The position numbers were made by a program, and so were the translations under genes. A stretch of DNA of 64,000 bases from an uncultured bacterium (GTDB taxonomy: Bacteria; CAYUVA01), in the NCBI GenBank assembly GCA_964448115.1, contig CAYUVA010000001.1:62001-126000 (forward strand), written 5' to 3'. Shown piece by piece: positions 9,702-19,044 of this stretch (position 1 is its first letter; each line of letters opens with the position of its first letter). The notes beneath the pieces are model-generated. The model was given only the letters and a program-made list of their open reading frames with translations, was not told where the DNA came from and made no database searches.

Positions 9702-10133
9702 CTAGCCCTCCCCGTGAACGGGGAGGGAACCTAGTCGGCAGTTTGTTTAATGTCGCTGTATCACTAGCCCTCCCCGGGACCGGGGAGGGAACCTAGTCGG
9801 CAGTTTGTTTAATGTCGCTGTATCACTAGCCCTCCCCGTGAACGGGGAGGGAACCTAGTCGGCAGTTTGTTTAATGTCGCTGTATCACTAGCCCTCCCCG
9901 TGAACGGGGAGGGAACCTAGTCGGCAGTTTGTTTAATGTCGCTGTATCACTAGCCCTCCCCGGGANNNNNNNNNNNNNNNNNNNNNNNNNNNNNNNNNNN
10001 NNNNNNNNNNNNNNNNNNNNNNNNNNNNNNNNNNNNNNNNNNNNNNNNNNNNNNNNNNNNNNNNNGGGAACCTAGTCGGCAGTTTGTTTAATGTCGCTGT
10101 ATCACTAGCCCTCCCCGGGAACGGGGAGGGAAC
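9702..10133. repeat. 62-bp tandem array of REP-like hairpins, spanning an assembly gap
   Basis: Units start at 9702, 9764, 9826, 9888, 9950 and (after the N gap) 10105; unit = CTAG-CCCTCCCCG-loop-CGGGGAGGG-AAC-CTAG plus a constant 29-nt linker. Confidence 0.95.
9966..10065. other. Assembly gap (100 N)
   Basis: Run of N inside the tandem array. Confidence 1.
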
Positions 10134-10724
10134 AGTTTTCCACATGTTCACGGTATGGCAATGCCCATGGGCGGAATGGGCTGTTGGTGTCATTGGACTC
10201 TAATTTTCCCAATCGGAATCGCCGGGGTATCTACTCCCGCTGCAGGTTATGAATAACAGCATTGTACTTGTGGTCATTAATGTCAGGATTATCGCTGGGA
10301 ATGGATTTTAAGGCATCTGTAAAACACCTGGAATGAAGATTATGTCCGAATTTTTTCGGAAATGTGAAATGCTAGGTAATCCTTATTTAATTATATTAAA
10401 TAAAGATTTTGGTTCATAGTACTAGTCATAGAAGACATACATCAGTTGCGTAACCTATCGGAAATGAAGAATAACAGTAACACCATCGCAAGGGAAACCT
10501 GAGCGTAAATTTTTTCATTGCCTGTCTGCAAAGCTCCTGAAATAAGCTATGAATTATTTTTCACAATCACCTAATTTGTTGAAAAACATAAAGAATTTTA
10601 AGTTACGCAACTAAAGCCACACGAGTATCATTGGTTTTTTATCAAAGTGGCATAAGCTGTATCAAGCGACATCGTAATTGGCTAAGACTTGCGCAGTTAT
10701 GCCACTAGTTGCATCAAATTAAGA

Positions 10725-10741
10725 TCCTGCCCCCGGCAGGA
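10725..10741 (-). promoter_or_regulatory. Putative bacterial SECIS element
   Basis: Minus-strand hairpin TCCTGCC-GGG-GGCAGGA starting 10 nt after the in-frame TGA (10752-10754); G-rich apical loop; no U-tract follows. Confidence 0.65.
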
Positions 10742-10742
10742 A

Positions 10743-10967
10743 TTATATACTTCAGCCTGCTTTTGTGCTGGGAGCACAACTTGTGCAACTGGTTGTCGTG
10801 CAAGAAGAACCGACCTTCTTTTCAGTTCCTCTGGTGGCGAATAGGGATAGTTTCTTGGTGCAGTTTCGACTTCCACATGCAGGACATTCTATATCCTGAG
10901 TCATGCTTCTAACCAGCTTCTCGAATTCTTGCTTGCAATCATCGCATCTGTATTCGAAGATAGGCAT
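10743..10967 (-). CDS. FmdB-family zinc-ribbon protein, probably a selenoprotein (C-terminus ...KAG-U-SI*)
   Basis: MPIFEYRCDDC...CPACGS zinc ribbon and Cys-rich tail; TGA followed by AGT ATA TAA and a SECIS-like hairpin; RBS GAGGTG. Without recoding the CDS ends at 10752. Confidence 0.85.
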
Positions 10968-11099
10968 GTTCGCTCATCACCTCATTTTTGTTCTCATATT
11001 ATTATAACACAATTTTTCATCGGATGTTTCCTCTCGTTCTGTTTTTTTAAGGATTGTCTGATCCACAGATTCTGTTTGGTGTGTTATAATCGAGTTGAA

Positions 11100-11810
11100 A
11101 TGACCGAGATGCAGCCATTTGAATATCATAAAATTGGGGGAGTTTACCGGCTTGCCCCAGAATGCATTATACCATCGATAACAGACATTGTTGGTAAGAT
11201 AGGATATCCCTCCTCGAAGGAGGTCTCCGCTAAGGAACTATCAGTAATCGATGATTTGAGAGCAGAAGCAATTACATTATCCAAGCCGATTGCAATTGTA
11301 AGATTCTGTGATTTCAAGCTCACAGACAGGATACTTATTAAAATATCCAATGGTCCGGTATTCCATGCAAAACAGATAGCAGATTCGCTAAAGGATGCTG
11401 AGAAATTAGCGCTCTTTACTCTTAGTTTAGGAAAAGAGATATCACATCGTATCTTTGAGCTATCCCAAGAGAGCATTTTGGGTGGCTATATCCTCGATAT
11501 CATAGCTTCATCAATGGTTGAATCGGCAGCCGATGCTTTACAAGATGCGATAGTAGAAAGGGCAAAGCCGACTATTGTTTATCACACCCTTCGCTTCAGT
11601 CCTGGCTACTGCTACTGGAGTGTGAGGGAAACTGAGCCTCTTTTATCGTATATTGACGCGAAGCGTATAGGTATAACCCTCACAGAGGGGGGGATGATGG
11701 TTCCAGCGAAGTCTATTTGCGGGATGATCGGTTTCTCTCGTGATCCCGATGCGGTCAGCCTGAATCCCTGTATTACTTGCACAAGAGATGACTGTACTCA
11801 CCGAAGATAA
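11100..11810 (+). CDS. Vitamin B12-dependent methionine synthase activation-domain protein
   Basis: LRFSPGYCYW, IGITLT..GMMVPAKS and C-terminal CxxCxxxxC; extended -10 TGTTATAAT just before ATG 11100. Confidence 0.85.
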   Translation: MTEMQPFEYHKIGGVYRLAPECIIPSITDIVGKIGYPSSKEVSAKELSVIDDLRAEAITLSKPIAIVRFCDFKLTDRILIKISNGPVFHAKQIADSLKDAEKLALFTLSLGKEISHRIFELSQESILGGYILDIIASSMVESAADALQDAIVERAKPTIVYHTLRFSPGYCYWSVRETEPLLSYIDAKRIGITLTEGGMMVPAKSICGMIGFSRDPDAVSLNPCITCTRDDCTHRR

Positions 11811-11904
11811 TAAATACGCCTAGAGATAAAATAAGGCTTGGTCTTTTTGGTTTGCTCCTGTTTTGATTTCGATATCCCCAGAGGGATTCGATCCTGCGAC
11901 CTAA

Positions 11905-11957
11905 TAATCAATAAGATAGAGATTGCTTCGCTTTGCTCGCAATGACAGGGTATGGAA
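11905..11957. repeat. Half copy of the GTCATTGCGAG/CTCGCAATGAC REP/MITE-like element
   Basis: TAATCAATAAGATAGAGATTGCTTCGCTTTGCTCGCAATGACAGGGTATGGAA is identical to the sequence at about 43727-43779. Confidence 0.85.
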
Positions 11958-12028
11958 CTTCTTGGGGATTTTAAGACAGACTCAAAGGGAGAGGGAGCGA
12001 ATCAAAGCTCAGAAGGCAAGTATCGCCA

Positions 12029-14473
12029 TTATCGATCCTGTAATTGGCGATCCCTGTAAAGCAGATAAAAAAGATAGCAGGTGGCAGAAAATATACTTAC
12101 GAATAGCAATGAAATGGCTCGAATGGATCGCTTATAGAACTCTGGCGTCAGTTCGCGCCTAAGCCTCAGATTAGAGCTTATCTCCCAACCGCTGAATCTA
12201 TTCCCGTTGCGTTTATTTTGGGGAAAAGGATCCAGTTTAGTCCCCGCATGGATGCATATATAGGGCCAGGGATCGCTTATCAACTCGGCATCATCAAACG
12301 CCTTTATAGTAAACAGGTAGTGTCCGACAGGCACTTTCGGTAATATCTTCACTGCCCGAGAGAAGACACCGTCTCCTGGCAGCAAGTCCCCATATTCACC
12401 CAGGTCATTAAGCCTGCATACCACCTCGTCCTGATAATAGACTCGCACATCAATAATATCATTGCTCCCCTGGGGGTCGAAGACAGCGCATTGAAAAAAT
12501 AGGATGCCGCCGCTAGCTTGGCTTACTCTCGTTCCTGCGGTGCCAGCGGCTAGTATGGTAGGCTTGCCATGGAAAGCCTCGTAGTGTTTATCCGCAAAGC
12601 CGAGATCGATCTGAGGGTAAGGCAATAGATGCTCATAAGAGACCTGCAAGGGAGTCTTTAGATCAATATAATCTTTAATTCTCTTCTTTGACTCGAAGGC
12701 TGGTGTTATCAGGTGCTTTTCAAAGCCTTGTCTAAACTGCTCGGCTGAAAGAAGGGGATGGTCGAGTCTTTCAGGGATCTCAAGGTATGGAAAGATTTCA
12801 TATCCCGAATTTCCAAGCATGTATGCGCTTACCAGGTATGTACCTGCCTTATCACTGGGGGGTATGGCTTTAATGCACGAATAGAAGCCATCACCGGGGA
12901 TCAGATCGCCATCTTTTCCGCTATCATTGATATCGAGTGAAAGTGGATGATCGAAATAAGCCAGCTTGATATCGTCTTGCGAGATGGGGTGCCCGCGGAT
13001 TTGTAAGCCTAAGAATAGTGCTCCCCCGAATTCTTTGGTAATTAGACTCTGGTATGCACCGCCACCCAATATTGTAGGAGCAATCCGGCTTTCCATGCAC
13101 TTTTTTAGGGTATCCTCGAAGGCATCGGGGATCTGCCTTTCGGATAAATTCTGCAAGATATTGTATGTGATGTGTGAGAAAAGTGAGCCTAGTGAGTTGT
13201 AATCGGATATCCTCAGTTGATTAGCCCAGTTCTCCAGCCCGCTTATGAATACGATCCCATCAGAGTCCTTGTAGGGGCGCCAGACATTCATCTCCGCCTC
13301 GATGCCCTTTGAGTTCCACGAGTTAGGATCATTATTTGCCAGTCTATATATCTCTGGTCGATTTATGCTTTTATTGAAATCAACCTCTTCTAGTTTTTCA
13401 GCATGGCGGTGGCAGAAGGATACCAGCATGTCATCGGCGAGGAACTTGTCTCCGAACCACAGGTAACAGCGCCAGAAAGCCCAATGATGTGGATTGAATA
13501 TGTAAAAATCGGTCTTAGCCGGTCCCCTTGCCCTTTGATCTACCATGGCACCGAGTAAGAAAAGCTCTTCTCGTTGCAACACCGGCGAGCGCCATTCTGT
13601 GGTAGTCAGTGATGGATCCATAAAGGTAATCGGATCATCGAAGCTCTTGTAACAGACTAGCTGCGGCGGATCGCCCTCGAAGCGAACCTGGTAGCGACCA
13701 GCAGTGCCGCTCAACAAAACAAGGTTGCCACCCCCGAGCACAAAAGACTCAAGAGAATCATAGATATTTCTTGTCCAATAGTTGCTTGGTCCGGGGAAAA
13801 CGATGGTAGCATAATCTCCGATAGCATCCCCGCGAGAGTGAAGATCCATAATAGAGAGCACCTCAAAGGGTATGTTCAGCATTTCTAGCCACTTGATCAG
13901 AGCCACCACCTCCTGATGGGTAGTAGCAGCATAAGGCTTGTAGAATGGCGTCCGGTTAGTTCGCCTAAACGGGCTATCTGCTGGGAGATACATATTCGCA
14001 CCGCCATAGGGATTATCCACCTGGTATTGGATATCATCGACCACAACAGCCGTAATGGCATCTCTCCCCGGATCGGTTGGGCTAAGCACGAAGTATCCCC
14101 TTTTCGGCTCCAGACCAACCGATGCAAGGATTACCTCGTATAAGCCGGGTTGCCAATCTTGGGAGGTCTTGATGGTTACTAGCACCTGGTTATCTTCCCA
14201 TTCCGTAATTAGCAGCCCGGGGTGCCTTTCCCTTGTGAACTCCTTGAAATATAAGGCACTGGCTGGATCGGTTATCGGGGAAAGTACAAGGGTCATTGAC
14301 TGGGTAGGGGTCAGTATGTGAACCTTTAGTTCATCGCCGCTAATTAACCAATACGGCTCAATGTAAAATATAGCCTGTTGCGAGCCTTTTGCTATCGAAA
14401 AGGTGCCGAGCAGAAGAAGCGATGCAAATATCGTTACCATGGTGGTAAGCTGCTGCATTACCCTTGAGATCAT
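12029..14473 (-). CDS. Membrane-anchored secreted protein: N,N-dimethylformamidase beta-subunit-like domain plus two repeated C-terminal domains
   Basis: Signal peptide; YQVDNPYGGANMY and GGNLVLLSG..RYQVRF motifs of the DMFase-beta-like family; two D.G..GD..PGDG.(Y/F)S modules; C-terminal TM helix. Confidence 0.75.
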   Translation of the reverse strand: MISRVMQQLTTMVTIFASLLLLGTFSIAKGSQQAIFYIEPYWLISGDELKVHILTPTQSMTLVLSPITDPASALYFKEFTRERHPGLLITEWEDNQVLVTIKTSQDWQPGLYEVILASVGLEPKRGYFVLSPTDPGRDAITAVVVDDIQYQVDNPYGGANMYLPADSPFRRTNRTPFYKPYAATTHQEVVALIKWLEMLNIPFEVLSIMDLHSRGDAIGDYATIVFPGPSNYWTRNIYDSLESFVLGGGNLVLLSGTAGRYQVRFEGDPPQLVCYKSFDDPITFMDPSLTTTEWRSPVLQREELFLLGAMVDQRARGPAKTDFYIFNPHHWAFWRCYLWFGDKFLADDMLVSFCHRHAEKLEEVDFNKSINRPEIYRLANNDPNSWNSKGIEAEMNVWRPYKDSDGIVFISGLENWANQLRISDYNSLGSLFSHITYNILQNLSERQIPDAFEDTLKKCMESRIAPTILGGGAYQSLITKEFGGALFLGLQIRGHPISQDDIKLAYFDHPLSLDINDSGKDGDLIPGDGFYSCIKAIPPSDKAGTYLVSAYMLGNSGYEIFPYLEIPERLDHPLLSAEQFRQGFEKHLITPAFESKKRIKDYIDLKTPLQVSYEHLLPYPQIDLGFADKHYEAFHGKPTILAAGTAGTRVSQASGGILFFQCAVFDPQGSNDIIDVRVYYQDEVVCRLNDLGEYGDLLPGDGVFSRAVKILPKVPVGHYLFTIKAFDDAELISDPWPYICIHAGTKLDPFPQNKRNGNRFSGWEISSNLRLRRELTPEFYKRSIRAISLLFVSIFSATCYLFYLLYRDRQLQDR

Positions 14474-14537
14474 GCCTTGAAATTACACCATATCGAGCAA
14501 AAATGCTAATCCGCATTAGGAGAACCTCAGGTTATGC

Positions 14538-14566
14538 TTGATTATTAAACATCCTGGTATTATCTT
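14538..14566 (+). promoter_or_regulatory. Putative sigma70 promoter
   Basis: TTGATT-N17-TATCTT upstream of ATG 14596. Confidence 0.4.
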
Positions 14567-14595
14567 AAAATATCCTTAAAAAAGGATGTTGAGCA

Positions 14596-16365
14596 ATGAG
14601 CAAGTTAAAATTACTCGCCATATCGCTAGCGATAGCTTCCATGTTTATGTTTATACCGATAGCATCCGGCGCCTACCGTGCCGTCGTGGTTGGCATCGCA
14701 GACTATCCCGGGAGCGAAAATGACCTAAATTATGCTGATGACGATGCTGTCGAGTTCAAGAGTATGCTCTTGTCATATCCCCAGTTCTGGCAGTCCAACC
14801 GCATCCAAACCCTGATAAACGGTCAAGCTACAAGGGGGAATATTATAAATGCATTGACCAACATGTTTACGCTCGGAAGCGCTGGAGATACCTTTGTATT
14901 CTTCCAGTCATCCTTCGGCTCCAGGATCTATGATCAAGCGCCATTCGATGAAGCAGATGGTTATGATGAGACCCTAGTCTGCTACGATCTCGACCTGACC
15001 GATGACCAATTCAGCCTGCTAGTACTGGATTACATGCCAGCCGGCGCCCGGCTGCTTGTACTCATCGATGCCTGTCATAGCGGCGGATTTGGGGATCAGG
15101 ATAAAAACACCGAGATAAAGATCAAAGGGATAGACCGCATAGGCGATATTGATAGAACCTCGCTAATGGATGGAGATGGCTTCATTGATGATCTGCAAAG
15201 CGCTTTAACCAAGCGCCTAGGAAAAGATCCTGGAACCATCGCCAACACGGTAACGGTCTCCGCCTGCAAGAATACCCAGGAAAGTTATGAGTTTGGCGGT
15301 CTGGAGCATGGCGCCTTTTCTTATTATTTATTGGAAGCTATGAGCAACCTGGTCGCTGATATGCCAGCTAACGGCGGCAATGGCAATGGCGAGGTCTCCG
15401 GCGAGGAGTGTTATCATTATCTCAAAGATAGAGTTGCCGACTATGTGTATAACCACGCAGAAGCCCAGCAGGATCCGCAGCTTAGCGATCAGTACTTCGG
15501 ACAATTGCCGCTGGTTGGAAGCGAGGCGCAGGTAACCTCAACGCCGACCCAGACCTGGACGGGGACACAACCACCAACATTTACCCCAACACCGACCAGG
15601 ACACCGACAAGCCCATTCACCTTCACGCCAACGCCTACAGCAACGACCGGGCAATATACTTACCTTAGCTGGACTGGAGGCGATCCCGACCCCGGCGACA
15701 CGGTTACATACACGGTTTACCTCGAAGCAGAGGATGATACGCCGGATAATATAGTTGCTAAGGATGTTACTGAAACCCTCATCGATCCCGGTCATCTGAT
15801 GGCTGAAACCCTATACTATTGGAAGGTGGTCGCTTTGGACAACCATGGTGCGGTAATGGAGGGAGATCTATGGCACTTTACCACAGGAAAGACAGTCCCA
15901 ACGGCAACGCCTACACCTGAAGTGCATCCTAGACCACTGATACTGATCGCTGGCTTCTGGGATACGCGCTTGGATAGCTCCACCGGAGGCTACTTGGATG
16001 TCATGGCCTATGCATCCTCGCCAAAGACCGGTTTGATAAATCGAGTACATCTCCTCTATGATGGTATCGACACCGGCATACACATACCACGCTATGAGGG
16101 CAACCTGTTCTGGCTACAGGATATGCCGATAAATGGAGACCTTGCAGCACAGTCAATCTCGTTACAGATGGAAGCAGAGGATAACTACGCATCGACCAGC
16201 CTCTACTGGCCTTATCTCAATGTTATGCAGGATAAATTGAGTAGCTCACCGACATTGTTGGGACAAAAGACTACCGAATCAAGTAGCACCACTAACCAGG
16301 CACCGTTCAAGCCAGCAAATCCCAATCCCAGGAACGGCGCCACCGATGTCTATCCCAATCCTTAG
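14596..16365 (+). CDS. Secreted caspase-family (C14) domain protein with Pro/Thr linkers, an FN3-like domain and the shared C-terminal domain
   Basis: Signal peptide; AVVVGIADY..NDL.YADDDA, DEADGYDETL, DACHSGG, HGAFSYYLL; the catalytic-His site reads SSFG. Confidence 0.85.
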   Translation: MSKLKLLAISLAIASMFMFIPIASGAYRAVVVGIADYPGSENDLNYADDDAVEFKSMLLSYPQFWQSNRIQTLINGQATRGNIINALTNMFTLGSAGDTFVFFQSSFGSRIYDQAPFDEADGYDETLVCYDLDLTDDQFSLLVLDYMPAGARLLVLIDACHSGGFGDQDKNTEIKIKGIDRIGDIDRTSLMDGDGFIDDLQSALTKRLGKDPGTIANTVTVSACKNTQESYEFGGLEHGAFSYYLLEAMSNLVADMPANGGNGNGEVSGEECYHYLKDRVADYVYNHAEAQQDPQLSDQYFGQLPLVGSEAQVTSTPTQTWTGTQPPTFTPTPTRTPTSPFTFTPTPTATTGQYTYLSWTGGDPDPGDTVTYTVYLEAEDDTPDNIVAKDVTETLIDPGHLMAETLYYWKVVALDNHGAVMEGDLWHFTTGKTVPTATPTPEVHPRPLILIAGFWDTRLDSSTGGYLDVMAYASSPKTGLINRVHLLYDGIDTGIHIPRYEGNLFWLQDMPINGDLAAQSISLQMEAEDNYASTSLYWPYLNVMQDKLSSSPTLLGQKTTESSSTTNQAPFKPANPNPRNGATDVYPNP

Positions 16366-16426
16366 TCCAGCAAGACATCCCGATAATATCAGCGATTTGG
16401 GGGAGGAGTTTATTTTACAAGATCCC

Positions 16427-16666
16427 TCATTGGAAACGAGGGTCTAGCTTATAATCATACTACCACGGTATCCTGGGATCAATAACAACACGACTTAAGT
16501 TCTCAGGCAAACCCTCATAATGAAGCCTTAAAATGTCTGCATGGTGAGCATTATAAGAAGTAACTAATATCGTGTCCTTTGCTACCCTTACATTTCGGTC
16601 CAAAGCCTTAAATAAGCTCTCTGCAAGATGCCAAGCATCCAAACCGGCATTTGGTCGCTGCGGCAT
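16427..16666 (-). pseudogene. Degraded transposase C-terminal remnant
   Basis: DAWHLAESLF...VRVAKDTILVTSYNA...HYEGLPE...IDPRIPW*YDYKLDPRFQ* resembles a recalled transposase C-terminus (DPRIPWLYxxKLDFRF); internal stop; no N-terminus. Confidence 0.6.
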
Positions 16667-16808
16667 GGGTGTAAGCGCTAGCCTAGCGAGAAATGTTTAA
16701 GTTAAATTTTTCGTTGAGGACTTGAAAATCAAATAGTTAAGACCACTTTTCTTTGCATCTTTGCGTGATCCTCTTTCCTCGCACCTCGTACCCTGTTAGA
16801 TATAAGAG

Positions 16809-16841
16809 CCCTCAAGAGTTGGTTGCGGCTACGATGCCTTA
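16809..16841. repeat. Short dispersed repeat (TTGGTTGCGGCT family), copy 1
   Basis: 30/33 identical to 28457-28489. Confidence 0.75.
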
Positions 16842-16986
16842 GCTTTTCGGGAGTGCATTCATGCCCCCGCCGTACAAGCCGAAGGGTAAGAGAGGGCTCA
16901 AGCATAACCGCCAAAAAACAAAGAACAAAATGACATAAAAAAATAAGAGCTTTTCTATTTGAAGTTTAATCTATAAGAAATTAACC

Positions 16987-18771
16987 CTAGAAGGTGGTAC
17001 TATATGAGACCAGGTAGCAAGCTCCCTTCCCGGCAAGATCATCTACCTCTAAAGAAAAGATTCCGCCTGAGTAACTCCGTATCGAAAAGCCCAAGCTATA
17101 GACCTGTCTAAGATCTCTGTCCTTATCGTATCGATGGCTTAGACTGAATGCCACATTCCGATACCTTAAGTACAGGTCCGCTCCATAATGGTCGCTATCT
17201 TTATAGATGGGGCGGAGCATTATACCTTTACCTTTTCCATACCATCCAAGATAAGGCATCGCATTGCTATCGATATTATACTCGCCAATAAGATAAAAGC
17301 CGGGTGGCAAAAGCTCATTGGTAAAGCGATCCTGATAGATGGGGAGGTAGCCAAAGTCGTAATAATCGAAAGGATAAACAGCCCTTGGATTATCATTGAA
17401 CGAGATGATCATTCTGCCGTGCCAATTGCCCTGTGTTGACTCATTGCCAAGGCTGTAGAGATCCCCTCCAACAGGCTGCTGTGTCAAGAGGTGGCGATAA
17501 TAACCGGAGAGACCAAAGGTTAATCCTATGCCATCATAAGGAACATATCCCCTGACAACACGAGCCTGGAGAGATGTGTTCCCCTGTGTATCGATGCTCG
17601 ATCTGAGCAGGTCATTCGAGCTTTGAGTGAAGCGGTGAAAGCTGCCGTGAAGCGCTAATCCATAAGCTTCCTTGTACGTGGTGGAGGTTGTGCTGAATGG
17701 ATTGCTGTGATTATAAAGCTCATCGTTGTGTATTAGATTGGTGGTCGAATCCCCTGAACGCTTGTACTGGTTCATGGTAAGCGATCTGAGAAATCCCAAG
17801 CCGAGCTTGAATTGCTTTTTCGCTGTCATGAATCGCCTGCTTAAGATAAGCTGTTGCTGTTGCCTTCGGTAGGCTTGGCTGATACTAGCATACTTGCCGA
17901 AGAAGATCGCCTCCTCATCATCGGTTGAAATATAGCTGCTCTGCGCAAAGAAGTTGCTCACTGCCGACTTGATATCTGTTTCCAACATGGAGAATGCCCA
18001 GTTATCGCTAGCGTATCTAAGCAGTCGGGACTTATTCTGCGATGATGCAGTGCCAGCATGCAACATGCCGTCCTGAGACTGTATGATATCGCTATCTGCG
18101 TCCCTGAAAGTCCCCTTGATATCGACCATCAGCCGATCATTGCTCTGGGCTTCTATGCAGAATGGTACATATACAAGCTCAAAGTCATTCCCCCGGTACC
18201 TTATGGCATTAAAGGATCTCCCTTGTCCCTTTAGCTCGATATTACCCTTGATATCGAAACGAGCGCCGCTTCTATTAAAGGGGAAATAATCGCTGAAAAA
18301 GTGGCTCATCAGATCGGTGAGATCCTCATATAGCCCCATGAGACCATGCTCTACCAGGTAATCCTCGATGTCTTGTTCACTCGAATCATTTACAGCCATG
18401 GACTCGATTGTCTCCAGGTGCTCTCCCAGCTCCTCCTCCCATTGATCAAGCTCTCTACCGAAGATGATGAACTTGCTGCTCGAAAGATCTCTTGGGTTGA
18501 AAAGCATGTATCGCAGCGAACCGCTCGGCGTGTCATAGTGATACTTTATGGATAAAACTCCGCCATCCAGGCTCGGGTTGAAGCCGAGGGGTCCATTATA
18601 CTGAACGCTCGAAAAGAAGATGTTATCTTTGGAGTAGGTGGTTGTTTGGTAATCATATCCGAAAGCGCCTCGGCTTAAAGGGAAGATGCAAAGGCACACG
18701 ATCAGGAGCGCAATCACAGGAAGCCTTGTAATGAGGCGTTGGAATCGTTCTTTCATCCTGTAAGCGTCCAT
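16987..18771 (-). CDS. Hypothetical exported protein, possibly an outer-membrane beta-barrel
   Basis: Signal peptide, Tyr/Gly/Phe-rich beta-like segments, C-terminal ...YSTTF; no family recognised. Confidence 0.6.
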   Translation of the reverse strand: MDAYRMKERFQRLITRLPVIALLIVCLCIFPLSRGAFGYDYQTTTYSKDNIFFSSVQYNGPLGFNPSLDGGVLSIKYHYDTPSGSLRYMLFNPRDLSSSKFIIFGRELDQWEEELGEHLETIESMAVNDSSEQDIEDYLVEHGLMGLYEDLTDLMSHFFSDYFPFNRSGARFDIKGNIELKGQGRSFNAIRYRGNDFELVYVPFCIEAQSNDRLMVDIKGTFRDADSDIIQSQDGMLHAGTASSQNKSRLLRYASDNWAFSMLETDIKSAVSNFFAQSSYISTDDEEAIFFGKYASISQAYRRQQQQLILSRRFMTAKKQFKLGLGFLRSLTMNQYKRSGDSTTNLIHNDELYNHSNPFSTTSTTYKEAYGLALHGSFHRFTQSSNDLLRSSIDTQGNTSLQARVVRGYVPYDGIGLTFGLSGYYRHLLTQQPVGGDLYSLGNESTQGNWHGRMIISFNDNPRAVYPFDYYDFGYLPIYQDRFTNELLPPGFYLIGEYNIDSNAMPYLGWYGKGKGIMLRPIYKDSDHYGADLYLRYRNVAFSLSHRYDKDRDLRQVYSLGFSIRSYSGGIFSLEVDDLAGKGACYLVSYSTTF

Positions 18772-19044
18772 TACTTTCGCCCCTTTCCAGGCTCGTAGAG
18801 CCTTTACAGAGCCTCAGTGCGCAATTTTTTGTACTCATTTCTCGGATGTTCCCTTTGCCAGTATTAACCGACAGTAAATATGACGGTCAACCCGCAACCC
18901 GTGGCAATTCAAGATGTCGCTGGGGGATAAAGCTGTTGATTTTCCTAAGTTATCCAGCTTCATTCCCTATTAATAATATAATGCATTTTGCACAACTTGG
19001 CAAATCGGATGGAGCTACTTGTTAACAGATAGTAACTATAGGGG

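Noticed and set aside
9702-10133. CRISPR array
   Set aside because: The 29-nt linkers are identical, variation is confined to the hairpin loop, and there are no cas genes in the window.
10646-10706. Integron attC site (AGTGGCATAAGCTG...CAGTTATGCCACT inverted repeat)
   Set aside because: One core box is imperfect on either strand, and there is no cassette array or integrase; more likely an IS end or REP remnant.
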